From Thermoanaerobaculia bacterium (GTDB lineage Bacteria > Acidobacteriota > Thermoanaerobaculia > Multivoradales > Multivoraceae): a DNA stretch of 64,000 bases. The notes under the pieces were generated by a model that did not search any database, was not told where the DNA came from, and saw only the letters and a list, made by a program, of their open reading frames with translations. This document shows, piece after piece, positions 9,969-21,038 of the stretch; position 1 is the stretch's first letter; every line of letters starts with the position of its first letter. A program made the position numbers and the translations under genes. The stretch lies in contig OY762911.1 in NCBI GenBank assembly GCA_963666565.1, positions 1,568,001-1,632,000 on the forward strand, in the 5' to 3' direction.

Positions 9969-10226
9969 ATGGTCGTCCAGAGAGCCGCTCGTGGTAGTGT
10001 GCGCGAGGTGGGCAAACTAGTCGCACTTGCGATCCCCAAAGCGAAGCTGCCTCGCAGCTACCCAAACTGGTCGGTGGTGGATGGTCGGCGTCTACGCACA
10101 GATTGGATCCGCGTCGGTGACGACCTTCACAACGCCTTGAGACGGGAGAAAGAGCGGCAGGATGGCGGGCAAGGGAAGCGGAAGACGGCAGCACCGGCAG
10201 CAACAGCAGGGTCATCAGCAAGTTAG
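9969..10226 (+). CDS. Small hypothetical protein (DW..VG.DL motif)
   Basis: LRTDWIRVGDDLHNAL resembles small proteins I recall upstream of DUF2335 genes; lower GC; start uncertain. Confidence 0.5.
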   Translation: MVVQRAARGSVREVGKLVALAIPKAKLPRSYPNWSVVDGRRLRTDWIRVGDDLHNALRREKERQDGGQGKRKTAAPAATAGSSAS

Positions 10227-10521
10227 CGTCTACGAGGAACAGCAGGTTGTCGTTTGGGGCCCGCTTCCGGCTCCCGAGGACTTGGCCGCGTATGAAGCGG
10301 CACAACCTGGCACCGGCAAGCGCATCATGGAGTCGGCGGATAAGGAGGCGTGGCATCGTCGTCTGCGCCAGTTGCTCCTCGTCATCGCCATTCTGCTCGC
10401 AGTATCCGGCGGCGTCACGATTGGCGCCCTTCTGCTTTGGCGCAGCGAGCCCCTGGGGGCCGGCATCGCCCTTGCCTCGGGAACGCTCGTCGCCTACGCG
10501 CTCAGGAAGCAGGTGGTCTAG
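10162..10521 (+). CDS. DUF2335-like membrane protein
   Basis: WGPLPAPEDLAAYE...PG...RIMESADKE..HR followed by two TMs. Confidence 0.75.
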   Translation: MAGKGSGRRQHRQQQQGHQQVSVYEEQQVVVWGPLPAPEDLAAYEAAQPGTGKRIMESADKEAWHRRLRQLLLVIAILLAVSGGVTIGALLLWRSEPLGAGIALASGTLVAYALRKQVV

Positions 10522-10580
10522 TTCAGTTCGTTCCGCGGTACTGCTGTCCCTCGCTGCCGCTCGGTTACCTTTTCCTCTAG

Positions 10581-12130
10581 AGCGTAATCCAATCCTGAAA
10601 TGAGCCTGAACGGGACCGTCGTTGGGAAGCGATCCGGTTCGGTTCCGGGAGAGTTCAGGAGCGGCAGACGGAGCGCTAGCGGAGTCTGCCGCCTAAGGGT
10701 ACGCCCGCGTGGCGGGCGGCGGTGGCCGGCAGCCGTGCCGGCGGTCGGTGTTGCGGTTTGCATCGCGGTCAGGCGGTGCGGCGCCGAAGAGGATCGGCCT
10801 CTCGCTTGATGAGGTCGAAGAGTCGATCGCGGGCGTTGTTGAGAGCGATGGCTGCATCGAGGTCGCTTACGGCCTTGGCCCCTCGCTCGAGCGCGGCGAT
10901 GGTGATGTCGGGCTTCAGGTACTGCTCGGCGCCCGGCAGGGACTTGAGCTTCTCGAACGGCGTCATGGTGTCCTGGTAGCGGTAGCGCCGGGTCGCCTTC
11001 CCCTTCGGATCGACGACTTCGGTGGGAAACAGGCACGGGCGGTGGAGGTTGAGGTAGGGCGTGAGGACGTCTCGGGAGAAGACGTTGACCTCGCGGTCGA
11101 ACAGCTTCGGGATGTGGCCGTAGCCGAAGCAGCGCCGGATCACGTTGCCGTTCTTGGACTCGACCAGCGCGTTGTCGTTGCTGCGCCGCGGCCGCGACTT
11201 GGTGAACTCCGGGATGTGCAGGCTGTTCAGCATCTCCGCCACTCGGTGGTTGATGTACTCCGAGCCGTTGTCGGCGTGGAAGCCCAACACCTTGAAGGGA
11301 CAGGACTCGATCAGCTCCCGCAACACCTTGAGCAGGCAGTTCTGCGAGATCGCCCGCACCGTGCCGACGTGCTCCCACTGGGTCACCTCGTCCACCAGAT
11401 TGACGTGGAAGACGCCCTTCTCGCCGTCCTTCTCCCCCTGGTCCACCGTGTCCACTCGCAGGAAGCCCGGACGCCCCTTGGGCCGGGGCTTGCGCCGTTC
11501 CGCGATCCCGACCTTCCGCGCCTTCGTCTTCCGGCGGTGCGTGCGGCGCCGCGTGTAGGTCTTCGACTTGCGCAGGTTGTAGAAGTGACCGTTGGAGATC
11601 GAGGCCAGCCGCTCGAAGCGCTCGTCGCCGTACTCCTCGTACATCCGCCGCATCACCGCCCGCGTGGCGTGCCCGCACCTCTGCTCCAGCACAGCGTCGA
11701 CCTCGGCCAGAAGGCCCTTGTCCGCCTTGGTGAACCGCGCCTTGAACGCGTTCTTCGGCGGGCCGCGGCGATCCACGATTCGGCCCGTCTCCAGGTACTG
11801 CCGGATCAGCCGCTGAACCTGGGCTCTCGACAGTCCCGTGACCTTCGCCAGATAGGCCCGCACCGTGCCCTTGTCCCGCCGACCGAGCGACGAGTAGCGG
11901 AACCGGCCGAGCGTACGCCGGCAGAATGCGTAGGCCGACGAACGATCCGTGTGCCGAAAGCTCGCCTCTCCGCTCGAGGACAGGAACTCCCGGATCTGGT
12001 CCAAGGTCTGAAGACGGTGGGTATGTAGCGACACGATCATCCTCCGATGATCTCCCGTCGCCGAACTTCAGGCTCATTTCCCGTTGGATTGCGGCACCCC
12101 TTTCAGGCTCACCTTCCAGTGGACAGCTCT
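10581..12130 (-). mobile_element. Insertion sequence (~1.55 kb) with imperfect terminal IRs and TCTAG target duplication
   Basis: Left end agcgtaatccaatcctgaaatgagcctgaa vs reverse complement of right end agagctgtccactggaaggtgagcctgaa; tctag at 10576-10580 and 12131-12135. Confidence 0.85.
10769..12040 (-). CDS. DDE transposase, integrase core (rve) type; IS family not assigned
   Basis: RVDT, HADNGSEYIN, DNALVESKN catalytic triad; YLNLHRP; N-terminal HTH. Confidence 0.9.
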   Translation of the reverse strand: MIVSLHTHRLQTLDQIREFLSSSGEASFRHTDRSSAYAFCRRTLGRFRYSSLGRRDKGTVRAYLAKVTGLSRAQVQRLIRQYLETGRIVDRRGPPKNAFKARFTKADKGLLAEVDAVLEQRCGHATRAVMRRMYEEYGDERFERLASISNGHFYNLRKSKTYTRRRTHRRKTKARKVGIAERRKPRPKGRPGFLRVDTVDQGEKDGEKGVFHVNLVDEVTQWEHVGTVRAISQNCLLKVLRELIESCPFKVLGFHADNGSEYINHRVAEMLNSLHIPEFTKSRPRRSNDNALVESKNGNVIRRCFGYGHIPKLFDREVNVFSRDVLTPYLNLHRPCLFPTEVVDPKGKATRRYRYQDTMTPFEKLKSLPGAEQYLKPDITIAALERGAKAVSDLDAAIALNNARDRLFDLIKREADPLRRRTA

Positions 12131-12186
12131 TCTAGGCGCCTCAGCCTCCTGCCGCTGCTACACTGCCCAATGGCGGGTCGCTCGCA

Positions 12187-12693
12187 ATGAAGATCTCGAC
12201 CAAGGGCGAATACGGCATCCGCGCCATGCTGTACGTCGCGATGCACACGGACAAGGGTCCGGTGCCGAGCCACGAGATCGCCGTGAACCAGGGGATCCCG
12301 GAGCCCTACCTGCGCCAGATCCTGGCGGCCCTCGCCCGGGATCGACTGATCCGCTCGAACCGCGGTCCCCAGGGCGGCCACCTGCTGGGCCGGCCGGCCG
12401 AGCGCATCTCGATGCACGACATCCTGGTCGCTCTCGAAGGGCACACGACCTCGATCGACCACATCCTCGCCCAGCCCTGCACGATCGGCGTCGGGCCGAA
12501 GCACTGCGCGATCCGCGAGGTGTTCCTGAGCGTCAAGGAGGCGGTCGAGAACATCCTCTGCAACTACAGCCTGGCCGACCTGGCCGAACGGCAGCAGGAA
12601 GTCTGCGAGTGCAAGATCGAGATTCCGCACGACCTGCCGCCGGAGCGCGTTGCCGCTTCGCCCGGCCGGCCGCTGCACGTCATCGCCGACTGA
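12187..12693 (+). CDS. Rrf2 family transcriptional regulator
   Basis: MKISTKGEYGIRA, IPEPYLRQIL, RGPQGGHLL; extended -10 TGcTACACT at 12156-12164. Confidence 0.9.
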   Translation: MKISTKGEYGIRAMLYVAMHTDKGPVPSHEIAVNQGIPEPYLRQILAALARDRLIRSNRGPQGGHLLGRPAERISMHDILVALEGHTTSIDHILAQPCTIGVGPKHCAIREVFLSVKEAVENILCNYSLADLAERQQEVCECKIEIPHDLPPERVAASPGRPLHVIAD

Positions 12694-12710
12694 ACGCCGG
12701 GGTTCGTCCG

Positions 12711-13223
12711 TTGCCGACCGGTCGCCGCGTCTCGCGGTCCGCGCTCGTCTGTCTCGGCCTTCTCGTCCTCGCCTCCGGCTGGGCCTGCGAGCGCGCCGCG
12801 GTCCCGCCGCCGCTCGACGAGAACGACCTGGAGACCGTGGCCGTGGAGCAGCCGGCGGATTCCATCTTCACGCCGGACGAGGACGTCCGGGAGCGGCGGG
12901 CGCCGGAGGCGGCGCTGCGCGGCCGCATCCCCGGCGCGTTCCCGGACAGCTTCCCGGTGCCGGACGGTTCCACGGTGGTCGACTTCGGCGACGTGGCGGC
13001 GGCGGAGGGCGAGCCGGTGGCCGAGTACGTCGGCCTGCTCCTGCCGCTGGGCGCTCCCGCCGCGCGCGAGTGGCTGCTGCGAGAGGCGCAGGCGGCGGGC
13101 TGGCGGGCCACGCTCGGCGAGTCAATGACCTTTCGCCGCGGCGAGGAGTGGGTCGAGATTTCGATCAGTCCGGGGGCGACGCCGGGAAACTCGGCGGCGC
13201 GGTTCGAGTACGCGAAGCCCTAG
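12711..13223 (+). CDS. Putative lipoprotein
   Basis: Signal peptide ending GWAC (lipobox-like); start approximate. Confidence 0.6.
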   Translation: MPTGRRVSRSALVCLGLLVLASGWACERAAVPPPLDENDLETVAVEQPADSIFTPDEDVRERRAPEAALRGRIPGAFPDSFPVPDGSTVVDFGDVAAAEGEPVAEYVGLLLPLGAPAAREWLLREAQAAGWRATLGESMTFRRGEEWVEISISPGATPGNSAARFEYAKP

Positions 13224-13246
13224 CTAGGCGGCGGCGCCGGCCCGAC

Positions 13247-13310
13247 GGCCGGCGCGGTTTCCTGGCCGCCTTCGGCTGCAGCCGGCGGGGACGCCGGCGC
13301 ACCCGGTGCG
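13247..13310. repeat. REP element, family A, between convergent genes
   Basis: gccggcggggacgccggcgcacccgg plus ~35 nt body matching the reverse complement of 27900-27958. Confidence 0.8.
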
Positions 13311-13318
13311 CAACGCCG

Positions 13319-15574
13319 TCACCGCCGCGCCCCCGACGCTTCCGCCAACCGCCAAAACAGCCGCTCGTACTCGTCCGCCACGCGGTCCCAGTCGTACTCC
13401 GAAGCCGCCCGCCGCGCCGCCCGCTCGCCGCGCTCGCGCGCCCGCGCCGGGTCGGCCCGCGCGAACTCGAAGGCGCCGACCAGCGACTCTTCGTCCTCCA
13501 CGTCGAAGTAGACGCCGGCGTCGCCGGCCGTCTCGCGGTTGGCCGGCTCGTCGTTGACCAGTACGCAGTTGCCGTAGCCCATCGCCTCGACCAGGGCCGG
13601 ATGCGTGCCGCCGACCTCCGTGGCGTGCACCGTCGCCAGCGCCGACGACAGCAGGCCGCGGTAGCCCTCGCCGAAGACCGTGCCCGGGAACCGCACCCGC
13701 GGGTCGGCGCCGCGTTTCATCGCGGCGATGAAGTCGCTCGCGTAGGGCGCGTCGCCGACCATGACCAGCGGCAGGTCGCCGCCGACCCGCCGGTAGGCCG
13801 CGACCACCCGGTGCGGGTTGTTCTCCGGCTCGAACCGGCTGACGTAGAGGAAGTAGCGCCGCGCTTCCAGGCCCAGCTCTCCCAGGATCGGATGGTCGGG
13901 GAGGGGCGCGGGCTCGACCCCGTAGCGGATCATCGTCGAGTCGCGCCCGTAGCGGTCGCGGTAGTGGGCGGCGATCGTGTCCGCGTCCGTCACCGTCACG
14001 CCGGGCAGCAGGCAGGCCAGCCGCTCGGAGGCCGCGTAGACCAGGCGCCCCGGCCAGCCCCACTTGGCCCGCCGCTTCTCGATGCCGTCGACGTGCAGGG
14101 CGGTGCGGATGCGCCGCGGCCACAGCAGCGGCAGGAAGACCGCGTTGGCGCCGTTGACCACCAGGGCGGCCCGCGAGCCGCGCGCGCACAGCGTCGCGTG
14201 GAGGCAGGAGAGCAGCGTGTGAACCGGTGTGTCGCCGTACTTCGTCCTGAGCGTGGGCAGGACGACGAGCTCGACTCCGCGGTGCGAGCGCAGGCGCCGG
14301 TCCACGTAGTGGGACCGGCAGTAGACCGTCACCCGCCAGCCGCGGTCGGCCAGCCGGGGGGCCAGCGCCTCGATCATCGTCTCGTAGCCGCTGTAGTTGG
14401 CGGGAATGCCGCGGCTTCCGAGCACGAGGATGCGCGGCCGCTCCGGGTCGGCGGGCAGGGAGGCGCGCCCGAACCAGCGGGCCGTCGCGCGGGCGGGGAC
14501 GAGCCGGCGGGACCGGATGACGTCGCGCCGTTCGCGCAGCCGGCGGCGATGGCGCCAAAGCCATCCGTAAGCGGCCAGCGACGACCGTTCGCGCAGGAGG
14601 ACGTAGGCGAGGATGCCGAGTTCCCGCACGGCGGCCGACAGGAAGGTGCGCGGCAGGTCGGCGAGGGTGCGGTGGTAGTACTGCAGCAGGTAGCGGTTCT
14701 TGAGGGAGTGGAAGTTGACCGTCGGCGGCATCCGCCGCCGCCGCCGCGCGAGGTTGACGCGGCGGTGCGCCGCGCGGGCGCGGGGTTCGTAGAGAACCTG
14801 CCAGCCGCGTTCCTGCAGGCGGAAGCAGAGCTCGGCGTCTTCCCGGTAGGAGTGGAAGTCGTCGTCGAGGACGCGGCCGTCGATGGCGACGTCGCGAAGC
14901 GCGGCGCTCAGGAACAGGGTCGCGGCGCCGGTGCCGCCGAACACGCGCTCGGTCGTGGCGTACTGGCCGTGGTCGGCCTGGTCGCCTCCGCGGTCGACGT
15001 GGCGCCAGCTTCGGGTCAGCGCCATGCCGCAGGCGTCGAGCGTCGGCCAGCCGCTGCGCCGGCCTTCTGGCGAGCTTGCGGCCCGGCTGTCGGTGCGCCG
15101 GCAATCCGCCGAACGCGGGCTCTCTCCGGTACGCGCCCGCAACAGCCGCCCCGTTGCCGCGCCGACCGGCCTCTCGGTGCTCGTGAACCGGCGCGCGCTC
15201 TCGATCAACCGCACCGCGTAGTCGGCCGCCGGCCAGGCGTCGGCGTTCAGGCTCAGCACCCACTCGGGGCAGGGGTCGCTGCCGAAGGCGCACTCGAGCG
15301 CGCGGTTCAGGCCGCCGGCGAAGCCGGTGTTCTCGTCGAGAGCGATGACCTCCACCGGGAAGCCGGCTGCGCCGGCGTGCTCGAGCAGCAGTTCCCGGGT
15401 GCCGTCCGCGCTCGCGTTGTCGACCGCGATCAGGCGGAACGCCGGCCCTTCGAGTCCGGCGAGCGCCTCGAAGAACCGCGGCAGGTTCTTCGCGTCGTTC
15501 CAGGTGACCGTGCAGATCGCGAGCTCCGCACCCAGTGTGCGACGCTCTTCCGCTTCGTTCTTCCGCGAACTCAC
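13319..15574 (-). CDS. Fused GT2 + GT4 (DUF1972-like) glycosyltransferase
   Basis: N-half VDNASADG, NTGFAGG, SYREDAELC; C-half GSRGIPANYSGYET, SRFEPENN, GGTHPALVEAMG; GTGA overlap at 15571-15574. Confidence 0.88.
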   Translation of the reverse strand: MSSRKNEAEERRTLGAELAICTVTWNDAKNLPRFFEALAGLEGPAFRLIAVDNASADGTRELLLEHAGAAGFPVEVIALDENTGFAGGLNRALECAFGSDPCPEWVLSLNADAWPAADYAVRLIESARRFTSTERPVGAATGRLLRARTGESPRSADCRRTDSRAASSPEGRRSGWPTLDACGMALTRSWRHVDRGGDQADHGQYATTERVFGGTGAATLFLSAALRDVAIDGRVLDDDFHSYREDAELCFRLQERGWQVLYEPRARAAHRRVNLARRRRRMPPTVNFHSLKNRYLLQYYHRTLADLPRTFLSAAVRELGILAYVLLRERSSLAAYGWLWRHRRRLRERRDVIRSRRLVPARATARWFGRASLPADPERPRILVLGSRGIPANYSGYETMIEALAPRLADRGWRVTVYCRSHYVDRRLRSHRGVELVVLPTLRTKYGDTPVHTLLSCLHATLCARGSRAALVVNGANAVFLPLLWPRRIRTALHVDGIEKRRAKWGWPGRLVYAASERLACLLPGVTVTDADTIAAHYRDRYGRDSTMIRYGVEPAPLPDHPILGELGLEARRYFLYVSRFEPENNPHRVVAAYRRVGGDLPLVMVGDAPYASDFIAAMKRGADPRVRFPGTVFGEGYRGLLSSALATVHATEVGGTHPALVEAMGYGNCVLVNDEPANRETAGDAGVYFDVEDEESLVGAFEFARADPARARERGERAARRAASEYDWDRVADEYERLFWRLAEASGARR

Positions 15575-17760
15575 CGCCCCCTCCAGCCCGCCACCGTCGC
15601 CACCGCAAGCCGCCACAGCCCACGGAACGCCTCGCCGCGACCCCGAGCCCGCCGCGGACACCGAAGCGGCAACGCCACGATGCGGAGCAACGCCGCCGCC
15701 GCGAGCACCGCGCGCAGCAGCAGCGCCGCGGCGGCGCCGTGGTGCTTGCGGGCGTAGCGATCCAGGTTGCGGTAGTACGCGGCCAGGAACCCGCCGTAGC
15801 CCAGCCGCGGCACCGAGGCGCCGAGCCCGTGTACGAAGACGGCCTCCGGCCAGTACAGCACCTGTTCCCCCCGGTCGGCGAGGCGACGCGCCAGGTCGAC
15901 GTCCTCGAACCAGGCGGGCCAGAAGCGTTCGTCCATGCCGCCCGCATTCTCGAACGCGGCGCGTCGCAGCAGCAGCGCGCAGGCCGCCGGCTGTTCGACC
16001 GGCGCGCCGGGCGCCGGCTCCGGTTCCGGCTTGGGTTCGACGAAGCAGCAGTAACCGATCAACGACCGCAGGGTCGGCAGCCGGCGAAGCTGCCAGGCGG
16101 CCTGGGCCGCGCCGTCCGCGCCGAGCAGACGGGGCGCAAGGCCGGCGGCGCCGGGCCGTTGTTCCATGCCCTGGACCAGCGCTTCGAGGGCGCCCGGCAG
16201 GGGAAGGGCGTCCGTGTTCAGGATGAGGAGCAGGTCGCCGCGGGCTTGGGCCGCGCCGCGGTTGACCGCCGCGGCGAATCCGAGGTTGCGGCCGGGCGCC
16301 AGCACGTGGATGTTCGGCGGCTCCGCCGCTTGTCCGTTCATGTTCGGGCGGCTGGCCGCCAGGTCGCTCAGGTCGCCGTCCGAGCCGTTGTCGACGACGA
16401 TCAGCTCGAAGCGCGCGTTGGCGGGCCAGTCCCGCACGAGGGCCGCGAGGTTCTCCTCGTCATGCCAATGCGGCGCCACTGCGCTGAGGACCACTGAGTC
16501 AGCGTCGGTCTCAAGAAGAGGTTGCAGACTGCCGCCTTCGGCGGCAGCCGGCGGGGACGCCGGCGCACCCAGTGAGGGTCGGCCGAGGTGGGCGAACCGG
16601 GGCAGCAGTCGCGCTGCCCGGCCCCAGGCGTGCAGGAGATCGACGATGCCCGGTGGCGTCAGGTCGCCGGGCCGCGGTGCGGTCTTCGGTCGCCTCAGCG
16701 CGTCGGCAACGTCCCGTGCTCCCGGTCGCCTCAGCGCGTCAGCGGCATCCCGCCCGAGCAGAACGGGCAGGCGTGGCCAGAAACCGCGGCCGAGGCGCCG
16801 GGCGAGGACGAGCAGTCGATTCGCGTAGACGAGCCGCGTCCTGCGCCGGGCGGCTCTTGGACTCCGGCTGGACAGCGCTCCGGCGTGTTCCGCGCGGGCG
16901 GCCGGGACCAGCAGAACCCGGTAGCCGGCCGCGTACAGGCGGTCGGCGAGTTCGACGTCTTCGTAGTAGCTGTCGAGCCGCTCGTCGAACGGCCGAAGCG
17001 GGTTGTCGGCGCCGCTTACGCCGCTGACCTGGGCAAGCGCGTCGCGGCGGTAGATCGCCGCCGTCGCCGACACGCCGTACACCTCTTTTCCCACATCGTC
17101 ACACGCCGGGTGCGGCGACTCCTCCCGCACCCAGTGTGTGGCCCATTCGTCCAACGGTTCTCCGTGCCCGAGTTGAACCGCTTGCCAGCGCCGGTTCCAT
17201 GCCAGCCCGGTGCCGTCGACCCGCGCATCTGTGCCGTCGCCGCCACCCTCGTCGGCGCTACCGTTGCCGCCCTCGCGGCCGGGCATCACGTTGATCCCCT
17301 GCACTGCGGCCACCCGCCGGCCGCCGTTTCCCGCAGCCGCCAGGAGCCGCCGCGTCCAAACAGGTTCCAGCACCACGTCGTCGTTCACCAGGGCGATCCA
17401 GTCCCCGCCGCTGGCCGCGATGCCCTCGTTGGCGGCGCGGGCGAATCCGACGGGCCGCGGCAGCTCGACGATCCGCGGCGGTCCCCCGACCGCCCCCGGC
17501 CGCTTCGACTCCAGCCCCCGGCACAGCTCGCGCACCTCCGCCGGCCCGTCCGCGAGCACCTCCGCAGGCGCGCCGACCATCCCCTCCGCGTGCCCGCCGG
17601 ACGGCGCCTGCCACACGAGGACCAGTTCGCACGGCATCCCTACCTCCGCGGCGTCCCGGTAGATCGACGTCAGGCACTTCGCCAGGTGCTCCGAGACGCC
17701 GATCGTCGGCACGACGTACGACAGCGAGGGCGTCGCCCCTTCCCTGGACGGCCCGGTCAA
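15571..17760 (-). CDS. Tandem GT2-GT2 glycosyltransferase
   Basis: Two GT2 domains ([19 protein letters not shown] and [26 protein letters not shown]). Confidence 0.88.
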   Translation of the reverse strand: MTGPSREGATPSLSYVVPTIGVSEHLAKCLTSIYRDAAEVGMPCELVLVWQAPSGGHAEGMVGAPAEVLADGPAEVRELCRGLESKRPGAVGGPPRIVELPRPVGFARAANEGIAASGGDWIALVNDDVVLEPVWTRRLLAAAGNGGRRVAAVQGINVMPGREGGNGSADEGGGDGTDARVDGTGLAWNRRWQAVQLGHGEPLDEWATHWVREESPHPACDDVGKEVYGVSATAAIYRRDALAQVSGVSGADNPLRPFDERLDSYYEDVELADRLYAAGYRVLLVPAARAEHAGALSSRSPRAARRRTRLVYANRLLVLARRLGRGFWPRLPVLLGRDAADALRRPGARDVADALRRPKTAPRPGDLTPPGIVDLLHAWGRAARLLPRFAHLGRPSLGAPASPPAAAEGGSLQPLLETDADSVVLSAVAPHWHDEENLAALVRDWPANARFELIVVDNGSDGDLSDLAASRPNMNGQAAEPPNIHVLAPGRNLGFAAAVNRGAAQARGDLLLILNTDALPLPGALEALVQGMEQRPGAAGLAPRLLGADGAAQAAWQLRRLPTLRSLIGYCCFVEPKPEPEPAPGAPVEQPAACALLLRRAAFENAGGMDERFWPAWFEDVDLARRLADRGEQVLYWPEAVFVHGLGASVPRLGYGGFLAAYYRNLDRYARKHHGAAAALLLRAVLAAAALLRIVALPLRCPRRARGRGEAFRGLWRLAVATVAGWRGR

Positions 17761-19676
17761 GCGTCGGGTCTGCCGAGTTGAAGGGCGAAGAACAGCGTTA
17801 CCTCCACCTGCTCCGGCAACCCGGGGTCACGCACCACGACCAGGTCGCCCCGCCCGCAGAATGGCGCCAGGCCCACCTCCGTCCGGTAGCGGGCGCCGAA
17901 GAACGGTCCGTCGTCGCCGGCGGCGACCCAGTGCAGCCAGGGCCGCCGGCCGGCCAGGTCGCCGCTCCGGCGCGCGGCCCACTCGCCAGTGTGCTCGCCA
18001 TACCGGAGGGCGGCGGCTTCCGGCCCGCCCGCGCCGCCCGCGTCCGCACGTGCCTCGGGCCGGCCGGCGGCGCCCGCGCTCGCACCGCCGCCCACGCCTG
18101 CGCCGACGCCAACCCACGCCACCGCCTGCCCAGCCGCGAGCCCACCGCCGTTGGCCACCGCCGTGTCCAGCACCAGCGTCCCGCAACCGCCACCCGGCGC
18201 CCTCCACCGGGGGTTCTCCGCAGTCAGCACCACCCGCGGCGAATCGAGCAGCGTCCGGCGCGGCTGGAACGCATGCCACCCGCCGAGCGCCGCCGTCGTC
18301 AGCAGGACGGCGGCCAACGCCAGCACGAGCACCCGCGGCGCCGGCGTCCTCCGCACCAGCGCCGCCGATCCGTGAGCCAGCACCAGAACGCCGCCCAGCG
18401 CGAACCAGTGCTCCAGCCCGCCGCCGACACCGAACGCCCGCAGCCGGTCCTCCAGATGCGCCGCCTGCAGCCACGGGTACGTCGCCGACAGCGTCGCGAA
18501 CGCAAGCAGCCCCCCCTGCAGGCAGTAGCCGAACACGGCCGCGTCGCCGCGGAGCGCCAGGCCGCGCCAGAGCCCGACCGCCGTCGGCGGACCGCCGCCC
18601 GGCATCCCGTCCTCCTCCTTCGCGGAGAGCACCGTCCACAGCGCGATTCCCGCAAGCAGCGCCTGCTGCGGCGGCAGGAACCGCAACCCGCCGAGGGTCA
18701 GCAGCACCGCCGCCGCCACTGTGTGCAGCCCTCCCCGTCCGATCAGGCTGGGCGCCGCGATGAGCGCCAGCGGCAGACCGGCCAGCACCTCCGGCCAGGG
18801 CGCGCCCGCCTCCAGCGGCCGCCACAACGTCAACGCTCCGGCCGCCACGAGGACGATGGCGAACGCGAACCGCCGCCAGACGACCGCCGCCGCCATCGCG
18901 GCCAACAGCACACCGAACGCCGGCTCGCGCACGAGCACGAAGCCCAGCACGGCGGCGAGCACCGCACCCGCGGCGCCCGCCCCCAGCGGCCACCGCTGTT
19001 CCAGCGCTCGCGCCACCGCATCGGCGCAGGCTGCCGCCGCCAGCACCAGGACCACGTTCGAGCGGACGCCGCCAGCGGCCAGAAGCAACGCCGCCGTCCC
19101 GGCAAGCGCCGGCGCGCCGAACCGCGCGAACAGCACCAGCACGACCGCCGCCGCCGCGGCCGGCACCGCCGCCAGGACCACCATCAGCCTCAGCGCCGAA
19201 CCGTCGAGCAACTCCCCCTGCCGCAGCAGCAGGTTGAGCCCCACCAGCGCCGCCGCCAGCAACGCGCCCAGCCGCGGCAGCCGCGCCGGGTCCAGCGAGC
19301 CGGCCGCCGCGAGCAGCTCGGCACGCCTGGCGATCATGCTGTCCACCAGCAACGCCGCCGGGCCGAGGCACAGCAGCGCCCCCATCGCCGCGCCGCGCGC
19401 CGGACCGCCCGGCGGGATGGCCGCGAAGGCGACGACCGCCAGCACCGGCAGCGCCAGCGCCGCCGGGCCGAACGGCCGCCGCGCCACGCCGGCCGCCGCC
19501 AGCAGCGCCGTCGTCGCCGCCAGGGCCAGGTAGCGTCCCTCGGCCGCCGCTTGGGCGTCGCGTTCCACGCCGGCCAGGGCGGACATGGCGAACCCCGCGA
19601 GCAGCGCCGGCAGGGCCGCGGCCCACGGCGGCGCCGCGGGCTCGGCGGTGGTCGAGGCGGGCTCGGCTTCGGTCAT
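17757..19676 (-). CDS. Polytopic Ala/Leu-rich membrane protein
   Basis: Many TM segments from MTEAEP; 4-nt overlap with downstream GT gene. Confidence 0.7.
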   Translation of the reverse strand: MTEAEPASTTAEPAAPPWAAALPALLAGFAMSALAGVERDAQAAAEGRYLALAATTALLAAAGVARRPFGPAALALPVLAVVAFAAIPPGGPARGAAMGALLCLGPAALLVDSMIARRAELLAAAGSLDPARLPRLGALLAAALVGLNLLLRQGELLDGSALRLMVVLAAVPAAAAAVVLVLFARFGAPALAGTAALLLAAGGVRSNVVLVLAAAACADAVARALEQRWPLGAGAAGAVLAAVLGFVLVREPAFGVLLAAMAAAVVWRRFAFAIVLVAAGALTLWRPLEAGAPWPEVLAGLPLALIAAPSLIGRGGLHTVAAAVLLTLGGLRFLPPQQALLAGIALWTVLSAKEEDGMPGGGPPTAVGLWRGLALRGDAAVFGYCLQGGLLAFATLSATYPWLQAAHLEDRLRAFGVGGGLEHWFALGGVLVLAHGSAALVRRTPAPRVLVLALAAVLLTTAALGGWHAFQPRRTLLDSPRVVLTAENPRWRAPGGGCGTLVLDTAVANGGGLAAGQAVAWVGVGAGVGGGASAGAAGRPEARADAGGAGGPEAAALRYGEHTGEWAARRSGDLAGRRPWLHWVAAGDDGPFFGARYRTEVGLAPFCGRGDLVVVRDPGLPEQVEVTLFFALQLGRPDA

Positions 19677-19727
19677 CTGTCGGCGATCCTTGCCCTCGCG
19701 GGCGAACGTTGGAAGACTGCCACGGCC

Positions 19728-21020
19728 ATGTTGCCCCGAGAACTGCTCAGAAGCGAACCCGAGCGCGTTGCCGCGGCGGTCGAAGCGCGAGGCGTCGACC
19801 CCGCGCTGGTCGACCGGTGGGCGGCCTGCGACCGCCGCCGCCGCGAGGCGCTCGCCGAACTCGAGGCTCTCCGGCACCGCCGGCGGCTGGCCGGCCGGGA
19901 GATCGGCAGGCTGAAGGCTCAGGGCGAGGCGAAGAAGGAAGAGGCCGAGCGCCTGATCCGGGAGATGACCGGGCTCAAGGGCCGCATCGACGCCCTCGAG
20001 GAAGCCGTCGAGAAGGCCGAAGCGGAACTGACGGAGACCGAGCTCCAGGTGCCGAACGTCGCCCACGAATCGGTGCCAGTCGGCGCCGACGAGTCGGCCA
20101 ACCGGGTGGAGCGGCTCGTCGGGGAACCGCCCCGGTTCGACTTCGAGCCGAAGAACCACTGGGACATCGGCCCCGAACTCGGGATTCTCGACTTCGAGCG
20201 CGGCGCCAAGCTGGCCGGCGCCCGCTTCGTGACGTACTTCGGCTGGGGCGCGCGCCTGGAGCGGGCGCTCGCCGCCTTCATGCTCGACCTGCACACCGAG
20301 GAGCACGGCTACACGGAGGTGCTGCCGCCGTTCCTCGTGAAGCGGGAGTGCCTCTTCGGCAGCGGTCAACTCCCGAAGTTCGAGGAAGAGGTGTTCCACG
20401 TTCAGCCCGGCGCGCGCTACCTGATCCCCACCAGCGAGGTGCCCCTGGTCAACCTCCATGCCGACGAAGTCCTCGACGAGGAGCAGTTGCCGCTTCGGTA
20501 CGCCGCGTTCACGCCCTGCTTCCGGGCGGAGGCCGGGTCCTACGGCCGCGACGTCCGCGGGCTCATCCGCCAGCACCAGTTCCAGAAGGTGGAGCTCGTG
20601 CAGGTGACGACGCCCGAGGACAGCCACGAGGCGCTGGAGCGCCTGACGGCCCACGCCGAAAAGGTGCTGCAGCGGCTGGAACTGCCCTACCGGGTCGTCA
20701 CTCTCTGCACCGGCGACATGGGCTTCGCCATGACGAAGACCTACGACCTGGAAGTCTGGCTGCCGGGGCAGGCGACGTACCGGGAGATCTCCTCCTGCAG
20801 CAACGCGGGAGCGTTCCAGGCGCGGCGGGTGCGTACCCGTTACCGGCCGAGGGGCGGCGGCGGCCCGCGCCACGTCCACACCCTGAACGGCTCCGGCCTG
20901 GCCGTCGGCAGGACGCTCATCGCGCTGCTGGAGAACGGCCAGACGGCGTCCGGCGCCGTGCGCATCCCCGAGGCGCTCCGCCCCTACGTGGGCGGCGCCA
21001 CCGAGATCGTGTCAGGCTAG
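19728..21020 (+). CDS. serS: Serine--tRNA ligase
   Basis: N-terminal coiled coil, [46 protein letters not shown]. Confidence 0.97.
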   Translation: MLPRELLRSEPERVAAAVEARGVDPALVDRWAACDRRRREALAELEALRHRRRLAGREIGRLKAQGEAKKEEAERLIREMTGLKGRIDALEEAVEKAEAELTETELQVPNVAHESVPVGADESANRVERLVGEPPRFDFEPKNHWDIGPELGILDFERGAKLAGARFVTYFGWGARLERALAAFMLDLHTEEHGYTEVLPPFLVKRECLFGSGQLPKFEEEVFHVQPGARYLIPTSEVPLVNLHADEVLDEEQLPLRYAAFTPCFRAEAGSYGRDVRGLIRQHQFQKVELVQVTTPEDSHEALERLTAHAEKVLQRLELPYRVVTLCTGDMGFAMTKTYDLEVWLPGQATYREISSCSNAGAFQARRVRTRYRPRGGGGPRHVHTLNGSGLAVGRTLIALLENGQTASGAVRIPEALRPYVGGATEIVSG

Positions 21021-21038
21021 CGGTTTCGCCGGCCCTCC

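Noticed and set aside
17757-21020. 1040-aa and 1080-aa overlapping ORFs
   Set aside because: High-GC open frames; the real genes are the divergent membrane protein (start 19676) and serS (start 19728)
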